Shown: one piece after another, positions 43,564 to 55,327 of the stretch
Numbering within the stretch: the first letter of the stretch is position 1
Layout: every line of letters starts with the position of its first letter
From: Chloropicon primus
Taxonomy: Eukaryota
Direction: 5' to 3'
DNA: 64,000 bases
NCBI GenBank assembly: GCA_023205875.1
Contig: CP060758.1
Coordinates: forward strand, 620,001-684,000
Notes under the pieces: generated by a model
The model's input: only the letters and a program-made list of their open reading frames with translations
What the model was told of the DNA's origin: nothing
The model's database searches: none
Made by a program: the position numbers and the translations under genes

Positions 43564-46233
43564 CTAGAGGCGCTTCGTGACCGGTCTTTGGGGCCTGAAG
43601 GGCGGGGTGCCCGGGGGCAAGGGGACGCCATCCTTGGAGAGGCCGCCGGGGGGAGGGCACGGAGGTGGGCTCACTCCCGGGGGAGGTCTCTTCCCGGATG
43701 CCGAGGACAGGGACATCCTCTCCTCGTCGTAAGAGTACGCGTGCTCCACCGACTGCGGCCTTGGCATGCTATTGAAAGCCATGGACATCGGGGGCGCCAT
43801 CACTTGCTTCTTGTTCAGACCCCAATCGAAGCTCGAGTACCTGATCGTGAAAGACTCGTTGTCAATTGCCGCGAGGAGGGTCTTCTGCCTCGTGTTGGGC
43901 AGAAAGGGCAGCAGCCACTTGAGGAGGTGGCCCTCAGAGCTGCCAAAGTCGTCTCGATACCAGTCGAAGATAGCATGCAGCATGATCTGGACCGTGGCCT
44001 TCGAGCTGAGCGGGTTGGCTGACTTGCTGGTCGTCTGGTAAGAGATGTGCTTGGAGCAGAACTCCCTCGTCGCCTGGTTGAGCATCTCGTCGAGCTCCTC
44101 CGGGTTGTAGATCTTCAGCTTGGGGCAGGACTTGGTCCCCCTCACCAGGCAGAAATAGATCCTCGGATCCCACACCACAATGGCGTTTTTCACCCTGGGG
44201 TCAATGCTGGAGAACACCCTCCTGAACGATATGTGAGGCTTCTGATTTCCCCTCAGGATGCCGTGCTCGATGTCGTTCAGAGCGTACACTTGCTTCCCGA
44301 TCCTGTAGCAGGTGTGGTTGTAAAAGTGAAGCCTCTGGCACAGCGTGGTTGGCGGCCCCAGAACGACGAACCCGTGAAGAATCAGCGCATTGTATATGTT
44401 GATGAAGAACGTGACTCTCTCCGAGAAGGACAGCTCTGACATGTCAAACGTCTGCAGCTCGCATACGAACACGGTGAAGTCTTTGAACTCCTGGGACAGC
44501 GCGAGCCCCTCGTAATCTACTATCGTCCCAGTTCGAGTCTCTGCCGTGTACCTTGAGACCAAGTTGGACAGTCTGCTCCTGAGCTCCTGATCTATGTCAA
44601 CAGAAGACTTTTGCTTCGTATGCTTCGGCATTTTCATGTTCAGAATGCTCCCCACTTCATCTTCCTTGAACCTATACAGCGCGTCTCCGTCCTCAAAGAC
44701 GTCGTTCCTGTTGACGTGGTAGAACACCCCAACGTCCATCCACCTCTGCGCAGCCGATACCGCGTCTTCGCGGTTATGCAGGTTCAGGTGGTTGACGAGG
44801 TAGTCTACGCAATGCGAGCCCCTGAAGGTCTTGAAGTACGGAATCCTGTTGAGGACCTTGTCGGAGATATCTAAATTCTGTCTCATCCTAACCACGAGCT
44901 TCTCGAACTGAAGCTCCTCTTCTACTTCGCTCAATATGACTTGGGCGGAGGCCTGCCCCCCTGGACTGCCTCCTTGCCTGTTGGACAGGGGCGTTTCCAC
45001 GACCCCCGAGCTAAAATAAGGTTTTGTGGGATCGTCCCCCTTCAACGACTCCCACTTCATTTGCTCTCTCTCGACCTGCCTTTTTATGAAAGGCATCTCC
45101 AGCAAAGATTCTATGCTTGGCCTGCTCCCCGGGTTCTTTTGCAAGCACATCTCAATCGCGCTCCTCAGCTCTTCCGAGTACTGGTGGGAGATGGGATTAT
45201 ACTTGCCCTGAACGATGGACATCACCAGAGCAGGAAGATTCGTCGCATCGAAAGCGTGCTTGAAGGTGGTCAGCTCGTACATGATGCACCCAACCGCCCA
45301 AATGTCCGACTTCTGGTTGTAGGGGTGACCCTCGCAGAGCTCTGGGGACAAGTAGTACGGCGTGCCCACCGCTGAGTGGGCAAAACTCGTCTGTGAGCCC
45401 AGAACTTTGGAAAGACCGAAGTCACCCAATTTGATTTGCCCCTTCTTCGTCACGAACACATTCTTGGTCTTCAAGTCGCGATGCAAGATCTTCTTGTTGT
45501 GCAAGTGCTCCAGGGACAGGAGCAACTGGGCGAAAAAGCTTAGTACTTGCTCTTCCGAGAATGGCTGCCGGCACTTTTGAATCAACTGGAACAGGCTTCC
45601 GTTGTCCGCATACTCCATCACCACGTTCAGCACGCCGTCCTCGATGAAGGATCCATAGTACCCAATGATGTTTGGATGAGCCAAGCTTGCAAGAACCTGT
45701 GAAACGTTTCATTTGTCTCGTGTCAGTGAAGTACTACAGGGGCACCAGAGGCACCTCTTGAGTCCTTACCTTGATCTCGTTCATCACCTCGGCTTGATCC
45801 TCAGGTGCTTGGTCTTCGATGAACATTCTTTTCAAGACGAAGCGACTCCCATCGCTCTTCCTCTTCACCAGAATAACCGAACCCTAAACCACAGAGAGGG
45901 AGAGGGAGAGAGAGAGAGAGGGAGGCAGTCAGGACGACTGTCGAGCGAACGCGTGGCGGGTGCGCCTCGCACCACCGACTGGGCAATCGCCAAGAGACTG
46001 AAGAGTACACTCCGCGACCTGTGGTGTGGACGCTATAAAAGAGCAAACACGCCTTGACGACGAGTTCGCTGTACCCCTTTGGACGTTTCCCAAGCCTGTG
46101 CTTTCCCTATCGTTCCCTATCGTTTTCCTTGAAGAACCCTTGGAAGAAGAAAGACCTTCCTCTCGTTCGCGTCACGAGCCCCACTCACCTGTGCACCCCT
46201 CCCCAAAGATTTGATCTTTTCGAACTTCTCCAT
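43564..46233 (-). CDS. NIMA-related kinase (NEK) fused to DEP and DUF547 domains; exons 46233-46189, 45883-45770, 45696-43564
   Basis: Spliced MEKFEKIKSLGRGAQ|GSVILVKRK...NEIK|VLASLAHPNII; HRDLKTKN, DFG, GTPYYLSPE. DEP: FRGSHCVDYL...HV...FED...YRF. DUF547: FFINIYNAL, LNDIEHGILRGN, DPRI..SCP. Confidence 0.88.
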
Positions 46234-46769
46234 AGTGCTTCTCCACTATTGGGCTTCACTGCCCTCTCCCTTGACCCAACGCCTAAGGACCTTCCTGCTT
46301 CGTCTCGTTCTTCTGAATCAACCTAAAGGAAAACCCTTCCCGTCCAACGATACAACGCTCGTTCGCGGCCCTGCTGCCGTGGTGCTCCGTCCCGCACACC
46401 CTTGCGCAAGGAGTGGAGTGGCCTCCCCTCTGTCTCCCTCTTCCTTCCTTGCGCCTCGGGAAACCACTCCTTTGACAAAGCTGGCATTCAACAGACCGGG
46501 ATAGATGGATGAAGGAGGAGGAGGGCGATGGAGGAGCGCGGAGTCCTCGCTCAATGGACTCTAATGACCAGCTGGCATCTCACAAGACAGGACAAGATGA
46601 TCCCTGAAGGGGGAAATGAGAGGATGGCGAGGAGGAGGGTGGCGGTGCTCTGGCAGTAGTTCACGGGGCACGATAGCGTTGCTATAAAGAGGTCGGGTCA
46701 ATTGGCTCGAACTTTTCCTGAAGGTGACACCAAGGAGTGATGTGTATCGCACATGTCATTGTCGGTTAT

Positions 46770-48250
46770 TTATACGTTGAACCTGAAGAGTATGACATCC
46801 CCCTCTTGAACGACATACTCCTTCCCCTCGCTCCTCAGCAGCCCCTTCTCCTTTGCAGCTGACTGAGAACCAGTCGTGACGAAATCATCGTACGAGATCG
46901 TTTCTGCCCTAATGAACCCCTTCGTGAAGTCTGTGTGAATGACTCCAGCGGCCTCCGGAGCGGTCATGCCAGAGACGATGGTCCATGCTCTGGTCTCCTT
47001 CTCTCCGCTAGTGAAGTACGTCCTCAGACCAAGCATGTCGTAAGCGACCTTGATCAAAGTCTGCAGGCCGGTTTGCTTGATCCCAAAGCCCTCGAGGAAT
47101 TCCTGCCTCTCGTCGCCGCTCAACTCCACGAGTTCCTCCTCCATTTTCGCGGAGACGAGGACGAACCGAGCATTCTCGTCTTCCGCCTTCTTTCTCAGCG
47201 CCTTTGCGTGAGGGTTGGAGGCAGCCTCGTCCATGAGATCGTCCTCGGCCACGTTTGCGGCATAAATCACTGGTTTCATGGTGAGGAGACCCAGGCCTTT
47301 GACGACCTCGAAGTCAGTTTCTTCCAAGTCAGCCTTCCTCGCGGGAATTCCCTGCTCCACCGTGCTATAGATCGTCTCCAAGATCTTCTTTTCGGCCTCG
47401 ACATCGCCGGCGTCCGGAGCCTTCTTGCCCTTGCCCCCCTTCTTCAAGCGCTCGAACCTCCGCTCGATTTGAGCCATATCCGAGAGCGCCAGCTCCGTCT
47501 CGATGACCTCTGTGTCTCTCAAGGGATCCACAGATCCGTCGACGTGCACAACGTTCGTGTCCTCAAAGCATCGAACGACGTGAACGATCGCGTCGACCTC
47601 CCTGATATGGCTCAAGAACTTGTTGCCGAGCCCCTCGCCTTTGCTCGCCCCAGCGACAAGGCCTGCGATGTCGACAAACTCTATTGTCGTGGCCACAGTG
47701 CTCTTCGACTTGGACAGCTCGCTGAGCTGGTGCAGCCGCTGGTCCGGCACGGGTACGGTGCCCACGTTGGGCTCGATGGTGCAGAACGGAAAGCTTGCGC
47801 ACGAGAGAAGCGGTCGCGTCAGCACAAGAACGAGAGGAAGGGGAGCAGGGCTTGGGACACGAGAGGTAGAGAGATGTGAACTCACTTTGCTGCTTGGGCT
47901 TGGCTTCCCTCCACCAGGGCGTTGAACAAGGTCGACTTGCCGACGTTGGGTAGGCCCACGATGCCCGTCTTCAAGGCACGGCACGTCGTCCCGTGCCCGC
48001 GGCCTTGCCCGAAAGCCAGACCCCTCGCGTGGGCCCCCGCCTCTGCACCTTCCAGGGGCCTGCCCAGGCTAATGATGGGCGAAGAAGCGTTTCGAAGGCC
48101 GCTCCTGTACGACGAGGCCGCGCGCGGTAGTGTGCATGGCGCGAGGCCTGCGGCGAAGGACAGAGTTCTGTGGGCCTTGGTGACAACCCGTGGGGCCACC
48201 TTGCCTCCCCGCTTCAGCATCAACGTCCTCCTCATCACCGCGACGGCCAT
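46770..48250 (-). CDS. ychF: Organellar ribosome-binding ATPase YchF (Obg family); exons 48250-47886, 47793-46770
   Basis: GIVGLPNVGKSTLFNAL, AAN|FPFCTIEPN, DIAGLV.GAS.GEGLGNKFL, TGS domain; transit-peptide-like N-terminus. Confidence 0.93.
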
Positions 48251-48405
48251 TTTATCCGATTGAGCCGCCTGACTGCAGGAGATGATCGATTGAGAGGCTG
48301 AGAATGCGATAAGGCTGATGGCTGATGATGGTGTTGGTTTGAGGGCGAAGGCCAAAGGCCAGCCGATTCATCGGTGGGATTACATTACAGAGGCCAGACT
48401 TGCTC

Positions 48406-49896
48406 TCACTTCCTGGCGAAGAAGGAGGCGATGCCCATCTGTCTCTTCTTTCCAGCGGGTTCCTTGTTCGCCTTTGCCTTGGGCTTCCCTGCTTGGGTTG
48501 GCTTCTTGTTCTCCACGCCCTCGGCCTTGACCTTTGGCGCCGCCGGCTTTGGCGGAGGGGTCGAGCTCGTGGGGGGGTTGGGGTTGGTGTTCTCCCCCTC
48601 GTCCCCCTCGTCCACTTCCATGCAAACCTCCTCTCCCTTGTCGTTGATGAACGTCTTCATCTTCTTCTTGGGCCTGCTGCTGCCGCCCCTCGAGCCCCTT
48701 CCGAGGGAGAGAGACAGACCCTTCTTCTGCGGCTCCGCCGAAGCTTCGTCCAGCTCCATCTCCGCTTTCTCTGGCTCTGGATCCTCCTCCGGAACCTCCG
48801 CGTCGGCCTCCTCCTCCTCCATGGACGCCTCGCTGTCGCTCTCGTCTTCGCTGAGCAAGAGGCCCCTTCCCAGCGAGGAGGGCTTCTTCGAGGCGACCAT
48901 GTCGTCCTCATCGTCCTCCTCCAGCAAGGCCGTCGGCCTTTTCGAGGAGATCGAAAGCCCGGCGGTCTTGGCGCCGGCCGAATTCTTCTTGAGAGAAACT
49001 CCTCCGCCCGGCGGCGACTCCTTCTTCACGCTCGCGACGCCTATGGACGACCTCTTCTTTGGCCTGTCCAGCGAGAAGCCCTTGCTCCTCGGTTCCTCTG
49101 ACTTTGCCTCCTGCTTCGGCTTCAGGTTCAGGCCTCTCGAGGAAGGCTTCTTCGACGCGCTGAGCGAAATTCCACCGCCGCTCTTCGCGGGCTTCGCGCC
49201 CCCGCTCGCCCCCAATCCACCGGGTCTGGCAGCCTCGGACTCGACCTCGGCCTTGGCTTTCCTCTCCCTCGGAACAGGCCCAGTCCCCACCTGGCTGGCC
49301 GCTTCCCTCCTCACCTCCTTGCAAGAGATGGAGCTCATGCGGTTGTCCCTCAAACTGTTCGTCGCGTCTGCGGGCTCCGAGAAGAGCGTGTCGATCTGCA
49401 TGTACTCCGCGGACCACATCGCTCCAGGGTCCTTCAGAGCGCAGGGCTGGATGCTGTAGATGTACTTGGACGTCACCTGGAGGGTGCGGGACGAAAACAG
49501 AAATGGAGGCCCCGTCAGTCAAAGTTGTGTAAAGGTGAAGGTGAAGACAAAGGTTCTCTTCTCTCTCTCTCGACCCCCGTGGGCGAGCTTCGGGAGGAGG
49601 CGGGAGGCTCGTACCTTCTCCAGACCGGCCTCCATCTCGGACAACTTCTCCTCCGGCACGAGCTGCACAACGTGGGAACGCTTGGGTGGCTTGGTCCAGC
49701 CGGACAGGAGGTGGACCCTCTTGATCTTGTCCTTGTTCTCCCCTTGCGCAAAATCTTCCAAGAGCTTCCTCGCGTCCTTCGCGCTCACGTCGAACTCCCT
49801 CGCGATCCACTTGAACGACACGATCTGTCTCTCCTCCACCACCGCGGCCTCCACCTCCCGCAGCCTCGTCGCGAGACGACCCTCCATCGGCGCCAT
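48406..49896 (-). CDS. POLD3: DNA polymerase delta subunit 3 (Pol32/Cdc27); exons 49896-49615, 49476-48406
   Basis: IVSFKWIAREFDVSAKDARKLL winged helix, IYSIQP, TFINDKGEEV, C-terminal PIP box QMGIASFF. Confidence 0.88.
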
Positions 49897-50329
49897 GGTC
49901 AATTTCTGTTTTTTTTTGCAGAAGCGCGGGAACGGGAACTCCTCCCGGGGAAGAGAGGAGCCCGTGCGGATGGAGATCGGTGGGGGGTACGAAGACAATG
50001 TGACATTGTGAGAGGAGGAGGAGGGGGACTCGTGTGTCAGGAGAGGGCTCGCATTCGTTCCCTCCCTTTCGCTCCAGTCAAGTCGTTTTCATCGCACTCT
50101 GGAGCGGCGAGGAATGCATGATCATCAGGGACTTGGGCTTGCAGAGGGAAGAGAGCTATGTGGAAAATGTAGAAGGAGACTTTTCGTGCACTGTGTGGTG
50201 ATCTAAATTAAATAAAGCTCGGGTGGTCTTACTGAAACGAACTCGTTTCCTCCCACAGTCTCGATCGATGGCAGAACGACTACTGGGCTTGGTGGTGAAT
50301 CATCACTGATGATCGATGCCTCGGTCTCC

Positions 50330-51106
50330 TCACATGTCCCTTGGCGACACCGAGAAGCAGCTTGGTCTCAAGAAAGCCAGAATGCTCGAGTCCGAGTTGC
50401 TGTCGCTGTCGGATCGCGATATCCTCCCGGGGGTCCGTCTCGTGAAGGCCCACTGCCTCCACGTGGATTGCCGAGACGAGGAGTCCCCCCCCTCGAGGGC
50501 GGCGCCGTCTCGCGCCGTCTCCGGCACCACCCTGCCGCCGTACTTGAGGCCCGAGCCCTTGCCGCCCTTCCTCATCGAGCGCTTCAGGAGCCAGTTGTTG
50601 AAGGACGCGGAGAGGTTCTTGTCGAGCTCCTGCAAGTCCTTCAGGTCGTTCGGGTCCGACGCGCCGGAGGACGCCTCGTACGTGAACAAGCGAACCATGT
50701 CCTTCCAGAACTTCCTCATCTTCATCTTCATCTTCTCCACCTTTTTGACCCTCTTGGCGACCACCTTATGCCGTGCAGTGCGGAGCTTCGACTCCAGCTC
50801 GCCCCTCTGCTCCTTGCTCATGCACTTGTCGCACAGGCTGATGTGGTAGTCGTGGCTCTCGTCCTCCAGCCTCGTGGTGCCCCTCACGCAATGCAAGCGG
50901 GCGCTCGCCGCCTCCGTGCCGCAGTGGTCGCACACCTTCCTCGCGGGGCGAGGCGTCGCCACGTTCGTGCTCGCCGAGACCACGCCGAACTGCCCGTCGA
51001 GGCTGTCCACGTGGTCCAGGGGGGTCCTGGGCGTTCTGTGCTTCCTCCCGCGAGGCGAGAAGAAGACGCTCGAGCGCCAGCTGCGCGGAGAAAGCGAAAC
51101 GGTCAT
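50330..51106 (-). CDS. Hypothetical protein with B-box-like Zn finger
   Basis: CDHC....ARLHC...LCDKC; coding-like bias on this strand. Confidence 0.6.
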   Translation of the reverse strand: MTVSLSPRSWRSSVFFSPRGRKHRTPRTPLDHVDSLDGQFGVVSASTNVATPRPARKVCDHCGTEAASARLHCVRGTTRLEDESHDYHISLCDKCMSKEQRGELESKLRTARHKVVAKRVKKVEKMKMKMRKFWKDMVRLFTYEASSGASDPNDLKDLQELDKNLSASFNNWLLKRSMRKGGKGSGLKYGGRVVPETARDGAALEGGDSSSRQSTWRQWAFTRRTPGRISRSDSDSNSDSSILAFLRPSCFSVSPRDM

Positions 51107-51418
51107 GGCGGTTGCTCGATTACTCGTGCGCCCCCCCTTGCGCCCAACCCTTGACCCCGATTGAGGGGCCGACCACGCCCGTTACGTTGCTGGTGCGACT
51201 TCACGAGAGAGAAAAAGCGTTTCCGGGGATTTCGAGGAAATTCTTAAGGAATGAAAAATTGCCCAAACCAATGGTTTTTTTGGGGGGGAGGAGAAAGGCA
51301 ATCGTCGTTTCCTTTTATTATTTTTTGGGATGGGTGGGTAATAATCGAGGGGACCGGTCCAATCCCAATCCCCAGTCTCACCATCTATGTATATCTATCT
51401 ATATTTATCAACAATCCG

Positions 51419-53146
51419 TCACACGAGCTCGAACTGGGCGGCGTGGGGGTAGGTGCCGTCCTTGGCCTTGGCCAAGCCGTACTCCAGGACGATGTGCAGG
51501 CCCCTGTAGTCCTCGGTGTGCTGCTCGAAGGTCAGCCTGCCCTTGAGGCTCCTCGAGGGGTCCAGGTCGACGGGCTGGGGGAGGACGAGGAGGGTCTGGG
51601 CCCAGTGGGTGTGCTCCTTCTTCGGGCTGGTCGTGAGGACGACCTCTTTCGGGCAGTGCTTCTTGCTGAAGACGTTGTCGAACCAAAGGACGAGCGCGTG
51701 GATGGCCGTGCCGTCGCCCCCGTCCAGGGTCAGGTCGAACTCGCTGCTGAAGGACTTTGCGTCCTCCAGCGCCATGGTGCAAAGGTCGAATTCGGACACG
51801 AGCGCGGTGCTGGTGGCGACCCAGGCCCCGTCCACGTCCTTGACGTGAGCCTGGCTCTTCATCTCCCTCTCGAGGAGCTTCTTTCCCACCGACTTCATGC
51901 TGAAGCCCTCGACGTCGTCCCAGAACTTGAGGTTGATCGCGGACTCGTCGCAGCCGGCCACGAAAATCTGCGCCAGGTCCGGGAGGACGCACCCGCCCTC
52001 CTTGAGGTACTTGTCCCTCGCGTGGAGCACGCTGAAAAGCATGGACTCGTACAGCAGGCAGTAGCCCATCCACTCGCTCACGATGACGTCGCACTGGTAG
52101 CCCTTCTCGATCGTGCCCTCCTCCTCGATCAAGCCGCTCTTGACGTCGATGGAGCCGCCGAGGTCGTTCTCCTCGACGATCTCCTGGGCCGTGGCCGCGA
52201 TGTTGGCGCTGCCGTCGACCGCGCAGACGTGCCTGGCCCCCGCCCTCGCGGCGATCATGGAGAGTATTCCGGTGCCGCAACCGACGTCGAGGACCTCCTT
52301 CCCCTCCACGAGGGTCGGGGCGTTCCACTCGATCGCGGTCCTGTACGCAACCATCCTGGGCCTGTCCGAGAGCATCTCCCTGTGGATGCCAAAACCAGCG
52401 TACGAGTCAAAGTAGTTCTTGTCGATCTTGACGTTCTTCAGCTTGGTGGCCGACTCCTTGTCCGTCGGGCTCGCATCCTGCTCGATGAAGCTCCCCGCGA
52501 CTTTCAAGCTCTCCCTCAACTCCTGAACCGCCCGCCTCAGCTCCTCGTTCTCGTCGGACAGGGCCTTGAGCTGCGCGGCACCTGCTGGATGATCGTCGGA
52601 AGCATCTCCGGGGCTCGCGGCGTCCATGTCGAGCCCCAAGGCCTCGTCAAGCTCGAAGAGCAGCCTGTCATTCTCCATGAAAGGGATGAGATACTTCTCG
52701 TCCCTCCATCCGGTCTCGCTCCCATCGATCAGGCTGGACTCCTTCACAACTTCCCCGCTCGCTACTCGCTCCCTCACAAAATTCACAAGCCTTGGCGAAC
52801 GAACGGAAGAGACAGAGAGAAAAAGAGAGAGAAGGTTGGAGTCAGCCGAGATGTTTCGCGTGGCAACCCATCGATTCCGGCTCCGATGAACTCACTTCAT
52901 GCAGTCGTAGAATCCTATGCCGAGCTCCTTGACGATCCTGTTGATGTCAAAGTTGCAGTTCTTCGCGTCGTGCTCGATTGCTTGCTCGGCCGTCCTGAAG
53001 AGCTCAGCCCCTTGTGCGGAGGTCGAGGCCACGCAGAGGGGGAGAAACCTTCCCCCCATCCCGGAAGACTCGTCGCCGTCGCTCTCCTCCCAGTCGCTCC
53101 ATCGCTCGTCCTGGTCCTCCTGGTCCTCTTGAGGAGGCGGCGCCAT
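51419..53146 (-). CDS. PRMT3: Protein arginine methyltransferase 3; exons 53146-52896, 52790-51419
   Basis: Acidic WSDW N-terminus, FYDCMK|LVNFVR, YL.PF.END.LL, YFDSY..FGIHREMLSD, VLDVGCGTGILS, SEWMGY, THW. Confidence 0.9.
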
Positions 53147-53264
53147 TCTCAAATCTGTTTTCTGAGTTCTGAGATCAGGCGCAGGAGGGAGGGAGCAGGA
53201 AGGGGAAGAGTGGATCTGTCTGCTCTCGTACATGAATTGTGTTTTATAGGTAATGTTACAAAAA

Positions 53265-53266
<2 letters not shown>

Positions 53267-53306
<40 letters not shown>
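53267..53306. repeat. (GT)n microsatellite, ~20 units
   Basis: Read directly from the sequence; in the 3' region of the 53333-55327 gene. Confidence 0.9.
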
Positions 53307-53308
<2 letters not shown>

Positions 53309-53332
53309 ATATATAAAGACATTGAGGCACTA

Positions 53333-55327
53333 TCAGAGCTCCTGGACGGAGAGGGAGGAAGCGATGTGGTCCAAGGTCAGTCCTCCGAGGCCTTGGGCCC
53401 ACGACGTGATCGCCCTCTTTCCGGACTGCACGGTCTCCTGCAGCAAGTGGTCGTTCATGCAGGCGGCTGCCCTCTGCATTTCGGTGTCCATCTCCACGCT
53501 CGTCATGAGGTAGGTGTACTGGTAGCCGTACACCAAGGAGATCCAGACCTGGCTCTCATAATACGTGAGGTGGCTCGGGTACAGTTCTCCAAATATTTCG
53601 TGGTGCGTCCGGTGGACAAGGGGGCAGGTGATTCCCTTGGGATTGGAAGGATCAATCGGGGCCACGACCCCAAAGTTTGGCAAAACAGGCGTCGCCGAGA
53701 ACGACGACACCAGCATGCTCAGCCACGACTTGTCGCCCACCCCGTGCATGGGAGTCACCAACTTTGTGCCGTCGCCAAAAGCCATGAAGTAGTCGTGGCC
53801 ATCCTCCATGGCCTGGCCGAACAAAAAGTTTGCTGCCGCAGAGATGCTGTCCGTGTTCCCGACGGAGAAGATCTCGACCTCCTGCAAGCCGAGGTTCAAG
53901 TCAAGCTGGTACCGAATCTGCTTTGAGGCCTGGGTATCGGTTTCCTCGGTCCCGCTGCTCTCAAAGGCGACGTACACGTGGATGCTCTCAGCGCTTGACT
54001 TCAGTTGCTCTTGCAGGGACAGGAGGGGGCTCTCCAGCAGCGCCATGTTCGCCGCGTTGTTCAGAAGGCTGGTCACTGGGGTGTGCACGACAAATCCAAG
54101 GGCGACGATGGGTTTTCCCTTCCCTCTCCTCCTGCTTTGCTTGGAATCCGCAAAGTGCGTGTACTCCACCACCGGGTTGTACCTCAGGTGGCACTGGTAG
54201 GGCTGCGAAGTCTCCCCGACCACGCACGTTGCCCCGTCCTCCTCCCCGAGTTGGCCGTCCTCGAAGCCGACTTTCTGGTGCGACGCAATCATCACGTTGC
54301 TGGAATTCAGGCACTTGCCCCCGACTGCATCCACGAGGTACTGGGGCGCCTTCTGGGTCCACCAGCTCCCGCCCCCCTCTCCGAACTGCGTCCCGGTCTG
54401 GAACCCGCCATTCTTGTTACCCGCCTTGTCGAGGAAGGAGCAGGTGCCGATCACCGTGCAGCCAAGCTGCGGCAGAAGGAGGTCCTCGATCATGATTTCG
54501 GACCCGTAGCCCTGCACGCCTTTCAGACACGCGTTTCTCTTGTCGGCTGGGTCGGTGCAGGGAACGAGGTGCTTATCGTATTGCAAAGACCTCACCGCGA
54601 TGTCGATCCAGCCGTTGAAGAACATCCAAGGCTCAAGGTAAAGCGTCCCCAGGGATTCCCCTGACGTGCAGAAAGCGTGAAGGGTCACGATAGGCTGAAA
54701 GACTCCAAGGTCCTGCTGCACGACGCTCCCAATCTCGTCCAGATTTTTCCCGATGCTTCGAAGCAAGGACGAGCACTTGCCATCGTCCTCGTTCCTCATT
54801 GCCAGGATGTCCTCAACCGCTTCGTCGATCGAGACGGCGCGAAGGGACTTGATGGCTTCAAGCTTGAGCTTCCAGTTCTTCGAGGCAGACTTGTAGTACA
54901 CGTTCACCTGGAAGTCCTGCTGCCAGTACTGGACGGAGCCGACGAGGGTCTTCACGTGGTACAGGTACGCCTCCGAGGCGTAGGTTGCCACGACGACATT
55001 GGATCTGATGAGCTCGGCGTGTGGCGCGCTCACGTCCTGCCTGTGGCTGAAGTGCTCTTTCGAGAAATACGAGTGGGACACAGCGTGGCTGCTCTGACCG
55101 CGCGAGGCTCTCTCCTTCGTGGTCTTGGCCTTCATTCCCTCTGAACCCCCAAGCGGGTGCACCCGCGAGCCCCCGAAGCCAGACGAGTATGCAAAGAGGA
55201 AGAGGTTCACCGAAGTCATCAGCAAGAGCAAGATCAAGGTTGATCCAGACACTCCTTGAAGCCTCTTCGCCAACCCCGACCCCTTCCCGTTCACCCACTT
55301 GTTCCCCTTGCTGTGGACGGGAAGCAT
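53333..55327 (-). CDS. Type II membrane protein, putative two-domain glycosyltransferase-like
   Basis: Short cytosolic N-terminus, TM, stem, then two alpha/beta domains; C-term NFGVVAP...VHRTH.EIF...YP.......WIS.VYG. Confidence 0.6.
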   Translation of the reverse strand: MLPVHSKGNKWVNGKGSGLAKRLQGVSGSTLILLLLMTSVNLFLFAYSSGFGGSRVHPLGGSEGMKAKTTKERASRGQSSHAVSHSYFSKEHFSHRQDVSAPHAELIRSNVVVATYASEAYLYHVKTLVGSVQYWQQDFQVNVYYKSASKNWKLKLEAIKSLRAVSIDEAVEDILAMRNEDDGKCSSLLRSIGKNLDEIGSVVQQDLGVFQPIVTLHAFCTSGESLGTLYLEPWMFFNGWIDIAVRSLQYDKHLVPCTDPADKRNACLKGVQGYGSEIMIEDLLLPQLGCTVIGTCSFLDKAGNKNGGFQTGTQFGEGGGSWWTQKAPQYLVDAVGGKCLNSSNVMIASHQKVGFEDGQLGEEDGATCVVGETSQPYQCHLRYNPVVEYTHFADSKQSRRRGKGKPIVALGFVVHTPVTSLLNNAANMALLESPLLSLQEQLKSSAESIHVYVAFESSGTEETDTQASKQIRYQLDLNLGLQEVEIFSVGNTDSISAAANFLFGQAMEDGHDYFMAFGDGTKLVTPMHGVGDKSWLSMLVSSFSATPVLPNFGVVAPIDPSNPKGITCPLVHRTHHEIFGELYPSHLTYYESQVWISLVYGYQYTYLMTSVEMDTEMQRAAACMNDHLLQETVQSGKRAITSWAQGLGGLTLDHIASSLSVQEL

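Noticed and set aside
51251..53926. 891-aa + strand ORF spanning two genes
   Set aside because: Shadow of PRMT3 and the GT-like gene; it even translates the (GT)n microsatellite as VCVCVC.
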